A stretch of 59,780 nucleotides of DNA, filler included, from Jimgerdemannia flammicorona (GCA_003990765.1; 3 parts of 3 records of this genome joined end to end with filler, not necessarily neighbours in it), one strand, 5' to 3'. Positions 12,814 to 25,297 are shown, counted from the first letter of the whole stretch. Numbers and translations: made by a program. Notes: generated by a model not told the origin, from the sequence alone.

Positions 12814-14498
12814 TAGTGATAGTCAAAAGTATACCAATGTTTGGTTATTATTAATATTTTAATTATATTATACCTTCAATCTAAATTCTATTTAACCAAA
12901 ATTTTAAACATTAATAAAATAGCCTTTAAACTTTTGAATAGTATGTGTTTTATTATATTTAGATAATTATGGACATTAATATAACCATTTTAAGTTAAAT
13001 TATCCATTGGTACTATTTTGACCCTTCTCAGTATATAGACCTTTTTTTATTTTTTGATGCATACATTTTGCATACTATTAATATCCAAATTTTCGCCATT
13101 ATTGTTTCAAACATTCTTTATAACTCTACAATGTTTTCGTGCAATATCAATTTAGTTTCATTGTTCTGATTTCTAAATTAGACCACTTAACATTTTCCTC
13201 AATAACTTGGTGAGTTTTCAGTCGATTTTGATGATCCTGGTGCCATTGGAAAGTCATTCTCAAGAGCTTTTCAAAGATACCAAGGACATTAAAATCGGAT
13301 GAAAATTCACTGAGTTATCAAGGAAAACGTCCAACTTGCCGAGTCCGAAACGAACATTTTCCTCAAAATCTCAGTGAATTTTCATCCGATTTTAACATTT
13401 ATAATATCATTGTGAAGCTCTCTATAATAGCTTTCCAATGACACCAAGATCATCAAAAACGGATGAAAACTCACTGAGTTATCAAGGAAAACGTTTGGTG
13501 GTCTAATTGGTAAGACAATGGCAAGTGTCAATAACATAAAAAGAACTCTCAAAAAGGCCAGTATATGTATCAATGTTTTTGCCGTAATGTTGATCTATGC
13601 TAGGGAGGTGTAACTATACTACATTTTGCATAATATCAACTATGCTACACTCACATGATGTCAATCTTCGTGATAAAATACCAATAACCCCATGTTACCG
13701 AAATGACCATGCATCACCCCGAAATTCTAGGAAAGAAACCTCAAATAAATGATCAATTGTTCTATAATTGGGTGGAAACACATGGTATAAAAGACCGGCC
13801 CAACCACTATGTATATATATATAGGGTGAGGTGGGTGGTAATGAAATACGTATGAATGTATGGAAGTGCAAAAGCATAAGTGTAAAGCATGTACAAAGTA
13901 ATATTGGGTGAATAGTAGAATTACATATAGAAGTAATGTGCATACTGTGCTAGTACCAAAAAAGGAAAGACTACGCCTGATTTAGAAATGCCTTAGACAA
14001 ACAACGGTATTGAAACATTTTGGGCACTATATACCTAAGACCTTCCTGCATTCATTGACCTGTGGTCTCAAGCGAGCCCCTCATTCAATGTTTTTGCCGT
14101 AATGTCGATCTATGCTAGGGAGGCATAACTATACTACGTTTTGCATAATATCAACTATGCTATGCTCATGTGATGTCAATCTTCGTGATAAAACACCAAT
14201 AACCCCATGTCACCGAAATGACCATGCATCACCCTGAAATCCTAGGAAAGAAATCTCAAATAAATGATCGATTGTTCTGTATTTGGGTGGAAACACATGG
14301 TATAAAAGACTGGCCCAAATGTTATATGTAAAATGTGCAGAATGATGATGTATAGCGGTGTGAGTTGGCAGTACTGAAAGAAAGAACTCAGCCCAAATGA
14401 AGTAAAAGAGGGGTTATGGATGTGGAAATGTGAGTGGAGTAGAAGATAGAAAGGCGCCGAAGGCTTAATAGAAAGGCTGTGCCCAATGTCAATGATAT

Positions 14499-14864
14499 GG
14501 CTGGTATCACGAGCCACGCAGTTAAAACTGAGGGTAGGTGTTGCAAATCATGTGAAAGCCAAGAAGCTGATTTAATGAACCCAGCGATCGAGGGATAGAG
14601 CTGGTGTCGCGAGTTGTGCAGGGGTCCGAGTAGGCTGGTGTCATGAGCTGTGTAAAAATGAAAAGAAGGAGGGCTGGTGTCATAAGCCATGCAATGTCGG
14701 AAAAGGTTAGTATCATGAACTACGCAGTGGCAAGAGGCTGAGGTGGGTGGATTAAAGGCTGGTGTTGTGAGCTGCACAGTGATATAAGGCTGATGAGAAG
14801 AGGTACAGGCTGGTGTCGCGTGCTGCGTGGGACCTGGAATAAGCTGGTGTCACGGGCTACGTAG
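14499..14864. repeat. Array of ~23-bp conserved repeats with variable spacers
   Basis: Consensus near GGCTGGTGTCRYGAGCYRYRCAG at ~14499, 14532, 14565, 14599, 14633, 14672, 14705, 14757, 14808, 14842. Confidence 0.85.
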
Positions 14865-14888
14865 TAGAAAAAGAGGAATGGAAAATCA

Positions 14889-15900
14889 TTAACTGCAAGT
14901 AATATGAGTACCAGAACAAGTATTACAAGTTAACGAAGCCCAAAGGTAGAGAATGCGAGAAATAGGCATGTGAATATAGCCTTTAAATGCCATGCTCTCC
15001 CACCGACCCAACATCTGAATCTCATAATCAGATAAGCCAGCCACAGCAGCATCAGATGTTGCGCCAATCCGAAAACTATGCCCAGCATAAAGAAGTGGAT
15101 TCAGACCAATCCGTGGAAGTAACACGCGAAGACGACTAACGAGATAGACCTGAGAGAATGATTGATTTGCAGAATGCTAGAACAGAGGGGTGTTAGGTGG
15201 GGCTGGGTGCACCAGGTAAAGAAGGCGAAGTAAGGATATAATGCATGGTGCAGCAGGATCCATTTTGGCGATAAAAAGTAATGCACCCTGGTGAAATGGG
15301 TCTGTTTTAGAGGCCAGCAGAGTGAGCATAATATGGGTGGAGTCGGCAATGCTAGGTTGAAAGACCACAGAGCTGTGGGACAGCTGGGAAATGGGATCGA
15401 AAGACCTGTCCCATGTAAATTCGCTAGAGCGAAGAAAACTGACATATGCAAGCAACATCGCGGTCGCAAGATGCAGATCATCATAATCAGATAGCCGAAG
15501 CAGACTGATAAGACTGTGAAGAATACTGAGCATGATAGGAAGCTGAGGTTGAGTTGGGCATATACCTAGCCACCGCTTCACGCCATGCATCACTCAGGGA
15601 AGTTGGTGAAGACTGATGAACAGATCGGCAAAGCCGGAGTCAATATGTAGAGAACAAACAGCTGAGAGGTAACATTTGATTGTGGATGGTTGAAGCTGTT
15701 GCAAGGCCAAGCTACAGACCCACTGTATTAGCACCAGTTCGGACATGGGCAAAGGCCCGCCAGAGGCATGATTACTGCTATGGAGATTGCAGAATTGGAG
15801 GAAGCTGTGTTGTCCCAAAGAGTATGAGCAGTGCATTGATTTTGCCAGTCTGAACCACAAAAAGAAGGCAATGACAGGTGGAAGTGTGGAATGCAAATGA
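14889..15900 (-). pseudogene. Tyrosine recombinase of the Ngaro element
   Basis: LQPSTIKCYLSAV, AYVSFLRSSEF (R), SKTDPF (K), YAGHSFRIGA (HxxR), LGRWES...GY. Frameshifts and stops present. Confidence 0.95.
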
Positions 15901-17400
15901 TACCAATCGCGGTCAGGAGTGTCTGAGCTTAAGGGGCAAGATGATGGAAATGAGGAAGATCAGCATGGGATAAAGCATCAGCAATGCCATTATCAGATGT
16001 TGAGATGAATATAACATGAAGTTGAAAAGCATGATGCACCATTTGAAAATAGAGCTGGTGGAGAAGTTCCAGCAGAAGAGGGTTGCATGAAGAGCCCAAG
16101 TTGATAATAGCAATGACCACCTAATTATCAGAATGAAGCAATATATGGTGAAAATGCCATTGAGCACCCCAGGTAGCAGTGGCAGTGACCACAGCATAAA
16201 GTTCCTTGAACTGAATGTCGCGCAAGGCTATATCAGGAGGTCAGGGAGTGGAAAACTATTTGCTATTGAAATGTGCACCAAAGCCTTGGATCCCACTGGC
16301 GTCCATCCATAATTGTGCATCAGGCTCATGGAACCATGCTACTGGATATATAATGGAAATACCATTCCAGTGGGGTAGAAATTCAAGCCACCAATGAATA
16401 TCGACATAGAATTTCTCATTCAGTGAGATATGGAATGAGGCGTTGCCAGAAAGAAGGTTGATAAACTGCTGCAGGAATGGGCAGCCTGGCGGAATGATTT
16501 TACAGGCAAATGCCAAAGAACCAATAAGAGACTACAGTTGAGAGCATATACATAACGTATGCGATAGCCACTGCTGAAGAGTGGTGAGCAATGTGTCAAG
16601 CTTGCCGAGAGGCAGGCGGACTTCCATAGTCATTGTATCCAATTCGATGCCCAGAAAGATGAGTGACATTGTCGGGCCTTCTATCTTGCACTCTTGAATC
16701 GACCAGCCAAGATGACGACAGATGGCAAGAAGTAAACATAGGTCGGAAAGGGCAAATGGCCAGAATGGTAGTGAAATAAGGAGAAAATCGTCGACGTAGT
16801 AGATGAGTATGCATATGTCATGATGGTGGGCGATCCATGCGAGAAGTTCCGCGAAAAGGTTGAAAAGAAATGGTGATGAGGATGTGCCAAAAGGAGTGAA
16901 CCGATTGAAATAAAACTACCCCGACCACTCGAAACCCAGCAACTCCCAATCTATAGGATAGATGAGAATATGACGATATCTATCAGCGAGGTTGACCTTT
17001 GATATGTAGAAGACATCCCTGGCCAAAACGACAAACCAAGTTCAAAGTCTCGTCGAACTTAATGTAAGAGAGCCGAAAGGTGTCGGTATCTATGCTGGTA
17101 TTCACCGAAGAAAGGTCATGAATATGATGCCATGCACTATTAGAATTCTTCTTCGCGATGGCACTAAGAGGAGATGAGCGAAAGTATTTGAATGGAGGGG
17201 ATGAGAACAGACCACAAATTCTATCGGCAGCAACTTCCTGCTCGATGTCAGACATGATCGCTTCTGGGTAGTTGAGAGCAGAGTGATGATTGTAGGACAG
17301 CAGGTGCCGATGAGGCCCATCAAAGCTGAGAAGAGCACCTTGAGTAATAGCAGTGATGGCAGCCTGAGCTACCCACAGGTCAGGATACAACTGGAGCTCA
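15900..17400 (-). pseudogene. RT-RNase H of the Ngaro element
   Basis: FRSSPLSAIAKK...IHDLS, YYVDDFL (~16790), WMDASGIQGFG, KELYAV, DNGIADALS. Confidence 0.9.
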
Positions 17401-17589
17401 TGCGCCCATGTGACAGGGTGAAGAGCAGAAGAAGGAAGAGGAAAATGATGTAGAATGTCTTGAGCAGCTTTGTTAAGAAGAGTGGTAAATGGGCGACGGA
17501 GTAGGGTATTTGGAGCAGCTGAGGGTATGTGTAAAGAATAAACAGGGGCGAGTTCCTAGGGGCGAGACAATGGATTGTGGGAGCATCAA

Positions 17590-18955
17590 TACTACGGATG
17601 ATCACCATTGCAGCGAGAACAGGAATGCACATAAGGGCATCCTTTTCTGTTGCACCCAGGATCCTTCATGGGTGATCCATCAAATAGAATGCTGTTGTAT
17701 GCCTGACAAGTAGACCATTGAGAGGCATTCTTGGTAGATGGAGCGGAGGAGCCATCAGTAAGACATAGCCCCCATTGTACATTGTGAGACTTGAAGGGCT
17801 TAAGCGAATTAGATGTAGAGGTCGGAGTTTGCGGACATTGATGTAGACTAAGGATCATAAAGAGGTCGGGGTCGCACTGGGCCCAGTGCTCACACTATAC
17901 CAAAGAAACACCATCGTTTGCGATCTCCACCAGTCATTTTGTATGAAAGGAGACATGATAATCAAGAAGCGCGGACCAATATGACGACATTGATAGTAAA
18001 ATAAAATCTGCGGCATATGAAAATAATGGAGTAGGATCAGTGAGGCCTGGGTACACGTCATGAAGAATGCTGAAATATGTAAGCAGGGTGGTGAGGAAAG
18101 CAGGGACATCCAGAAGATCTTTGATAAGGGATGGCGGCTTTCGAAGAATGATCTGAGTACCCGATTCATCAAATATTTCGATGAATTGAGCATCAGGAAG
18201 ACCACTGATAGAAACGACATTTCACTCCAAGAAACAGCTGAGTGACATGGTGGTGAACGAATTGTTGATGACCACGGCCAACAGCCATTAATTAACATAG
18301 GTGTATTTTAAAGAGAGATTGACACCTCAGACAATGGTATGGGCAGAGATGACAGAAGGAGGTATAGGGATAGACTCACCCTGGGGATTACCGGCAGGGC
18401 CGTGAATGCTGGTAGACCGAACTGAAGGGATAGTTGGTAAGGGCTGGGATGAGGATGGGGAAGCGAGAACCATTGAAAGAGAGGCAGTAGCATGATCGAT
18501 AAAGGCTTGATCGATGATGGGAGATGCGTTCTGACCAGAAATGGCAGGAACTGTACTAGCCAGTGCCACCGAAGATACAATATCAGGGCAAGAGCATAAA
18601 AGCTAAAAAAGTTCATCGAACCGACAGTCTTGTGTGGATGCATGCTCTTGGAGCTGAGCAATGCTGGCTTCAATGGAAACATCAGAGGCCGGTGTGCTGA
18701 AAAAAGCTGGTCTGGCTGCTGTAGTACTAGCGGGAACCTTGGATGTGGTATGCACTGATAGATACATGATTCAGCAGGGTGCGGAAGTAGAGTGATCAGG
18801 GAGGGTGGCGAGGTAATCCATGAGGATAGTAACATCAGGGTTCTTACTATCAGATTCCAGGTCATCTTGCAGAAAGCGGAGTACATGTTCGATGAAATTA
18901 ATGTTCAAGCAGAAAGGGCAGGTGGCAGAGCCCAGGTTGTATTGGCCCTTCAACG
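17590..18955 (-). pseudogene. gag-like ORF1 of the Ngaro element
   Basis: Pro/Ser-rich fragments ending in the Cys/His finger CNRKGCPYVHSCSRCNGDHP. Confidence 0.7.
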
Positions 18956-19862
18956 TATGGGAAGGGTCATATCAATACAAAAGGCAGGAATTTGTGGAGA
19001 GGACCATGGTAATGTAATGAAATGCATACGAATATACAGAAGTGCAAAAGCGTAAGTATAAAGCGCATACAAAGTAATGTTGGGTGAATGGTAGAATTAC
19101 ATATAGAAGTAATGTACATACCATGCTAGTACCAAAAAAGGAAAGACTATGCCTGATTTAGAAACACCTTAGACAAACAATGGCGTTGAAACATTTTGGG
19201 CACTATATGCCCAAGACCTTCCTGCATTCATTGACCTGTGGTCTCAAGCGAGCCCTCTCATTGTAAGCAAAAAAAACCTGCTTTTGCTGCCTCATCACAT
19301 CAAGGCACAATACAAATTTGCAACATAAAGATTGAACCATGACTGAACTGGATGGCTGTAAATGGGTATAGGCAAGGTGCAACCTTGAAACTGAACCATG
19401 TGACCAGAACTCTAAAATTTGGTGGCCTTGATAACTCAGTGAGTTTTCATCCGATTTTGATGATATTGGTGTCATTGGAAAGCTATTATAGAGAGCTTCA
19501 CAATGATATTATAAACGTTAAAATCGGATGAAAATTCACTGAGATTTTGAGGAAAATGTTTGTTTCGGACTTGGCAAGTCAGACGTTTTCCTTAATAACT
19601 CAGTGAATTTTCATTCGATTTTAACATCCTTGGTACCTTTGAAAAGCTCATGAGAATGACTTTCCAATGGCACCAGGATCATCAAAATCGACTAAAAACT
19701 CACTAAGTTATAGAGGAAAACGTTAAGTGGTCTAATTTGGAAATCAGAACAATGAAACTAAATTGATATTGCGCGAATACACTGTAGAGTTGTAAAGAAT
19801 GTCTGAAACAATAATGGCGAAAATTTGGATATTAATAGCATGCAAAATGTATGCATTAAAAA

Positions 19863-19962
19863 NNNNNNNNNNNNNNNNNNNNNNNNNNNNNNNNNNNNNN
19901 NNNNNNTTAATTAATTAANNNNNNNNNNNNNNNNNNNNNNNNNNNNNNNNNNNNNNNNNNNN
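19863..19962. other. Artificial contig linker
   Basis: 44 N + TTAATTAATTAA (stops in all six frames) + 44 N. Confidence 0.98.
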
Positions 19963-20064
19963 AAAAAAAAAGTAGTATAAATAGCATAATATATAAAATT
20001 TCAAATATATTCAAAACTTAAGAATATATATTATATATACTTGATCACTATATCCAAAATACTT

Positions 20065-20475
20065 ATACTTATAAGCTTATAAGTCTGCAATTCTATGAGT
20101 AACAAGTATAAGCCTGTAATCTTATAAGCAACAAGTATAAGCCAGTAATCTCACAAGTAATAAGTATAACCTGAGAGCTTTAAATATTGCAATAAGTACA
20201 AGCCTGTAATCTGACAAGCAATAAGTATAAGTGGGCAATCCTATAAGTAATAAGTATAAGTCAAGAGCTTTGAATTTTATAACAAGTATAATCTTGTAAG
20301 CAATAAGTATAAGCTGAGAGCTTTGAATATTACAATAAGTATAAGTCTGCAATCCTATGAGTAATAAGTATAAGCCTACAATCTCATGAGCAATAAGTAT
20401 AAGCTAAGAGCTTTGAATATTATAATAAGTACAATAAGTATAAGTTGAGAACTTCAGATATTATAACAAATATAG
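20065..20475. repeat. AT-rich minisatellite (taagtataagc core, ~26-28 bp period)
   Basis: About 14 decayed units. Confidence 0.85.
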
Positions 20476-20779
20476 GTAAAATATATATAAATAAGCTGAC
20501 TATAATAATAAAAAATAAACCAAAACTCAAAAAAAGGACCTCACCTTATAAAAAACTTCAATTCTATATTACTATCTTTCTGAAGTCTTTGAGGATATAA
20601 ATAATACTATCAATAAGATTATCATTTGGTTGAATAATGAAGAACCTAAAACTAATAATGAATACAAGAAGAAGAAGAAAAAGATTAAAGAAACAATCAA
20701 GTAATTTATCTCAAAGACTGTACCAGAAGCTATTTCTCAGATTGCCCCTAAAGCCTCTACTTCTGAGATCTCTAAAGAT

Positions 20780-20990
20780 ATCACCCAAGTCCAAGCCACC
20801 ACCTAAGTCTAAGCTGCCATTGTCCTAGCCTAAGCTGCTACTTAAGTTCAAGCTACTATCTAAGCCTAAACTACTATCTAAGCTATTACCCAAGTCCAAG
20901 CTACTATCTAAGCCCATTGCTACTACTCAAGCTACCACTTAAGTCCAAGCTATCACTCAAGCTACTACTCTAGCCACTACTCTAAAAACT
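20780..20990. repeat. 18-bp tandem repeat (ccaagtccaagccacca-like)
   Basis: Decayed units; the period is a multiple of 3, so possibly a former coding repeat. Confidence 0.75.
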
Positions 20991-21324
20991 AAAGGTCAAT
21001 CTCATATAAGCTACATATAACAATTATAGAAGATATAAAAAACCATATTATATCTTTCTCAAAATTTGTCAATAACTTAATCTATTGATTTTTTATCTTC
21101 TACTAAAAAAGAAGTTATATAATAATACTTACTAGATAGCTACTGCTATAATCAGGTATAGCTGAGATCAGAATCAGAACCAGAGTTGTATATGTGTGTG
21201 AGAATTTTAAAAATATATATTGGTTATATATATATAAATTTTGGTTAGATATAAATTTTAGTTATATGTAAATTTTGATTATATGTTTATGTGTGAATTT
21301 CGAGTAATACATCTTTCAAATAAA

Positions 21325-21443
21325 GAACTGAATTTAATTTGATTTGAATTCAATTTGAATACAAAAATCTCTAATTCAATTTAATTCAAATTAACCCCAA
21401 TTTAATTTAATTTGAATTAATTTAATTTATTTAGAAGTACTAG
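21325..21443. mobile_element. Decayed right end of a hAT-type MITE
   Basis: Mutated GATTC-type pentamer repeats ending tttagaagtactag, comparable to tttgggagcactag at ~50516-50529. Confidence 0.55.
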
Positions 21444-21454
21444 ATATAAATACT

Positions 21455-21605
21455 CTAGTATTTAGAATGAATAAATCTCAAATTAAAATAGTTCAATCTC
21501 ATCCACCCCTATACTCTACTGAGAACTCTGAGGAGTTAAAGAAGATTAAATATTCAAAATAAAAAAATTTACCATACTTTTCAGAATATATCTACTATAT
21601 TATAT
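21455..21605 (+). repeat. Dispersed repeat, copy 3 (internally deleted)
   Basis: tgaataaatctcaaattaaaatagttcaa...ccacccct...actctgaggagt aligns to positions ~52-250. Confidence 0.75.
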
Positions 21606-22137
21606 TATTAATATTTAAATATTTTCTATAAATACTTAATATTCAGTTAAATTATTAAATATTAAACTTATTATAATCAAAATAAATAGCTTTAAAAAAA
21701 TAAAATTTTATTTATTTATTTAATAATATGATACAGTCACTTTTAAAATCTCACTTCTGATAACTTAGTATAATTAAAAAAAAACAGAAAAAAAGATTTT
21801 GAAAGTACATAACTATCTCATATTATCTACAGTTTATTAATTATTTCTATAATATTCTAATATAATATTATTATTTTATTGTTATTATTTAAATAAATAA
21901 ATTTATTACAAATAATTAAAATATAATCGTTTTTTTCATTTATTTTAAGTTTAAAATAAATAATAAAGGTTTTTTTTAATAAAAGAAAAAAAAAAATTAT
22001 ATATTTACTTATTGAGATTGACTTCAGATTAATTTCAAGTCCAGTATATAAAATTATGTATCTAGTCAACACAACTAATAATACAGTTATATGCAGATGA
22101 TTCAAAGACATCGCGACGCCGGGATCTCCAAACAATC

Positions 22138-22330
22138 GGTCACGTGATGTAGTTTAAATGTTTGGTCGGTGTACAACACCGCGATGACGGGAAACAATAA
22201 ACATTGCCGTGAGAACTATTTGGTCGGTGTACGACACCGTGATGACGGAAAACAATGAGAATTGTTTAGTCGGTGTCCGACACCCCTATGACGGGGATTC
22301 GTAGCTAGTCTGGTAATTCGTCATATAAAA
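22138..22330 (+). promoter_or_regulatory. Putative oxidase promoter: E-box, three repeated palindromic sites, TATA box
   Basis: GGTCACGTGAT at 22138; TTTGGTCGGTGTnnnACACCnnnATGACGG x3 (~22160, 22219, 22265); TATAAAA at ~22324. Confidence 0.6.
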
Positions 22331-22373
22331 TGCGTCAGGTCCTGTCGCAGGATCAGTATACTCTGTCTCCACA

Positions 22374-24178
22374 ATGCCATTCAAAGGCACCAAAACGCAC
22401 AATTCATCCCACTACGATGTTATTGTTGTCGGCGGTGGAGCCATCGGCCTGTCGGCGGCGCTGAATGCGGCCAAACGTGATGCGAAAGTTCTCGTCATTG
22501 AGCGATTTTTCTTGTTCAATGTGAGCGGCAGTTCCGGTGATTTCGTGAGGATGTTTAGAACAGTAAGTTTATCATAGGCGATTTGAGATTTTGCAAAGAA
22601 GAGCATCATAATTAATGTTGGAATGATGCTTGGTCAGATGTACAGCGACGAGGAACTCTGCAAGCTGGCTCTCAAGGTATGACAACCCTGATCTCACATC
22701 CATCTGCGCATTGCACATTCATTACCCGATACTATGTACATACCGACGTGGTTATCCAGAACTTCTATGAGCACTGATTGATTTGATTTGATTTTCAGTC
22801 GAAGGAGATGTGGCACGAGCTCGAAAAAGAATCGGGCAAAACCTTGATCGAAATGTCAGGCTTGCTCAACTTTGGAAACCCCGACTACAAAGATGGTCCA
22901 GAAGGAAACCTCACGGATCCTATTCCCATTCTTAAGAAACTTGGCGTTCCGTTCACGTTATATGAAAATGGTGCAGATATCGAAAAGGATTATCCTTGCT
23001 TTAAAAATTTGCCCGCAAATTACAAAGCCATCTATTCCCCTTGGAATGGGTACGTGTCTTCGCTCACGTTGGCTCTGTTTTTGATCTCTCTTTGATACAT
23101 GTTCCCCTCTTTTTTATTTAGAACCATTAACGTCACGTTGGCACTTCGTACCCTTTATGAGCTTGGGGTAAATACCAAGAACGCCGACTATATTGAAGAA
23201 GAAAAGGTCGTGAAAATTCAACCACAAGGCCATTCCAGGGTATTGGTGGTGACGGAGCATGTTGGCGATGCCGGACATGTCACGGAAAATCACTACAGGT
23301 ATGGAAATGCCCTATGTACTATATTAACGTTAACAAGGGTTTTTGCTTACGCATGCTGATACTCACAGTGCCGGCAAGGTCATTGTGGCCAGTGGCGCGT
23401 ACGTCAATCACGTCACGCGTAGCCTTGGCTTTGAAATCAACCTTCAAATTTGGGAAATGGTTTTTATGTACTTTTCCATGAAGCCGAGTTTCAATGTAAG
23501 CGATGCAGAATTTGACGTGTGTAGTACGAGTTCATGTCATTCATACGGATTGATCTTCATTACAGTATCCTTGTATGTGGTTCCAATTCGAAAATCCCGA
23601 TGACGAAAACCAATCCAGGCTGTTCTATGGATTTCCCGCCATTCCCGGCAGTCCTCCAAATTGTGCACGTATCGCTGTGGACTGGGCGGCACGTATTATT
23701 GCCGACCCAGTGTACCGTCGTATGGATGTTTCTGAGTTGGAGCCAGACATGACACATAGATTCGTGGCGAAGCACTGCAATGATGTCCTTTCTCAACCGC
23801 AATTTCAAGGGACATGCCTCATGCCCAATGTTCCAGATAATGGCTTCGTTTTGGACTTCTCGCCCGAAAGTTTCGTTGGTAAATTTCTCTGGAGAACTTT
23901 CACGGCCTCTTGTTTGCATATGCCATGTTAACTAACAACCGTGTTTCATCATTTCGTTCGTAGGTGAACACCACAAGAACATTATCATTTTCACGGCTGG
24001 TTGGGCCTTCAAGTTTATTCCGTTGTTTGGACACATTCTCGCTGACCTGGCGTTGGATGGCTCGACGAGCTACAACATCCGGTCAATGTGCATCGATCGT
24101 CAGAATGTCCTCAAACCAGTGGCCGCTGTACCCGATGTAGGGTCTCACCTGCCCATGAAAGGACCTTACTTCGAGTAA
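22374..24178 (+). CDS. FAD-dependent oxidoreductase, sarcosine oxidase/MSOX-like (DAO family), 7 exons
   Basis: YDVIVVGGGAIG, VIERF, GSSGDFVRMFR, KVIVASGAY, TCLMPNVPDNGFVLD, GWAFKFIPLFG. Exons ~22374-22562, 22638-22676, 22799-23049, 23122-23298, 23369-23495, 23566-23878, 23964-24178 with GT-AG introns. Confidence 0.9.
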
Positions 24179-24652
24179 AAGTGCAATGTAAAACAACGAT
24201 CTACGATTCGCCTGATTTTACGCAATAAAGTTATATCATACCTGCAAAGTGCGACACCTATCTCGAGGTGATGTTTTCCTGGTTCGTATATGGATGACGT
24301 TTGTCAAAGGTTTACAGGTTTGTATTGGTAGACTATGCCACCACGTGTGCATCCTCGCCGAACTGGCTAGGATTTCCTGGCTGATTCACGTTCAGGAACA
24401 ATGTAATACTCATTTGGATCACAATGTTCTTTCCATGAAATCTTTAGCATATGTTGTTACAAAGGACGCCAAGGAAAAACTTGACGAAGCATATGCAAAC
24501 AGGTTCAGGCAGCTTTGGGCCCCGGTGAGGTTGTTAACGAACGTATATACGCGATGACTATGGAGAGCTTTCGGATATACGGCCTGTCGCTTAATAAAAA
24601 AAAAAGAAAAAAAGAAAAAAAGAAACTGCAGAGGTCCCAGGGTGGAATATAT

Positions 24653-24696
24653 GGCATCAAGCGGCATCAAGCGGTATCAAGCGGTATCAAGCAGCA
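24653..24696. repeat. 10-bp tandem repeat (ggYatcaagc) x4
   Basis: Direct inspection. Confidence 0.85.
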
Positions 24697-25184
24697 CCAG
24701 GTACCCTTCTGATAAAACCAGCGGGGGAGTACTCATTGCCACCATCTCGCGAGCCAACGATTACCCTCGCAAACCCCAGCACATTTTGCAGATCAAACCA
24801 TAGTGCGTAACACCAATAATGATCATTTAAAAGGGAGATGGCAGCAACCAAACAAAAGAAACTGGGAAACATGTCGCGGGGAAAAAAACGCGTGCTATAA
24901 AAGGAAGAAAATCGAATAACTTATTCTACGAGGGAAATTGTACCGATCAAAAATAAAACGTCCGAGGTAGGAGGTCAACGATAGTCCGCAATCTCTCACG
25001 GGCAAAATCCATCCGGTATTTATAGGGCAACCTCAAAGATTGAAAAGTCTTTCTGAGTTCTATAAAATTAAAAATCTGAATAAATGTCGGAAATTTGAGA
25101 ACATATATTTGGATGCAATAATAATGTGCGTTGAAATGGGGGACCCTCGATTGAAAAGTAAACAAAAGTCAGGACCGTACTCAC

Positions 25185-25297
25185 ACTTCTCGTACTCGAC
25201 GGCCAGGATGATCATCTCGAACTTGTCCAGGTCCTTGCCTGATCTCGCGTGCCTGCGAGGTGTCGCCCAGGAGTACGTGGAAGCTCTTTATGGCATC
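25185..25297 (-). pseudogene. Isolated, internally deleted exon of an HD-domain 5'-deoxynucleotidase (HDDC2/YfbR-like)
   Basis: AG acceptor, then DAIKSFHVLLGDTSQAREIR / KDLDKFEMIILAVEYEK, then a GTGAGT donor. Confidence 0.65.

Larger units (their letters stand above)
13570..19262 (-). mobile_element. Full-length Ngaro-type (DIRS order) tyrosine-recombinase retrotransposon, degenerate
   Basis: Split direct repeats A1 (19014-19262) - ORFs - B1 (14086-14318) - A2 (13838-14085) - B2 (13570-13803), with gag-like, RT/RNase H and YR ORFs in that order. Confidence 0.95.
12814..19862. mobile_element. Non-autonomous DNA transposon with long inverted repeats (possibly Tc1/mariner-type), interrupted by the Ngaro element; right end lost at the contig end
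   Basis: 13051-13487 and 19426-19862 are near-identical inverted arms. Left end TA|tagtgatagtcaaaagt resembles a decayed CAGTG...AAAAGT terminus. No transposase seen. Confidence 0.7.

Noticed and set aside
14499..14864. CRISPR array interpretation
   Set aside because: Eukaryotic retroelement context, short uneven spacers, degenerate repeats, no cas genes.
19907..19918. TTAATTAATTAA inside N runs (also 39867-39878)
   Set aside because: Artificial six-frame stop linker.
20030..20055. ttgatcactata as the right TIR of the element starting at 12814
   Set aside because: Only a short partial match, and on a different contig.
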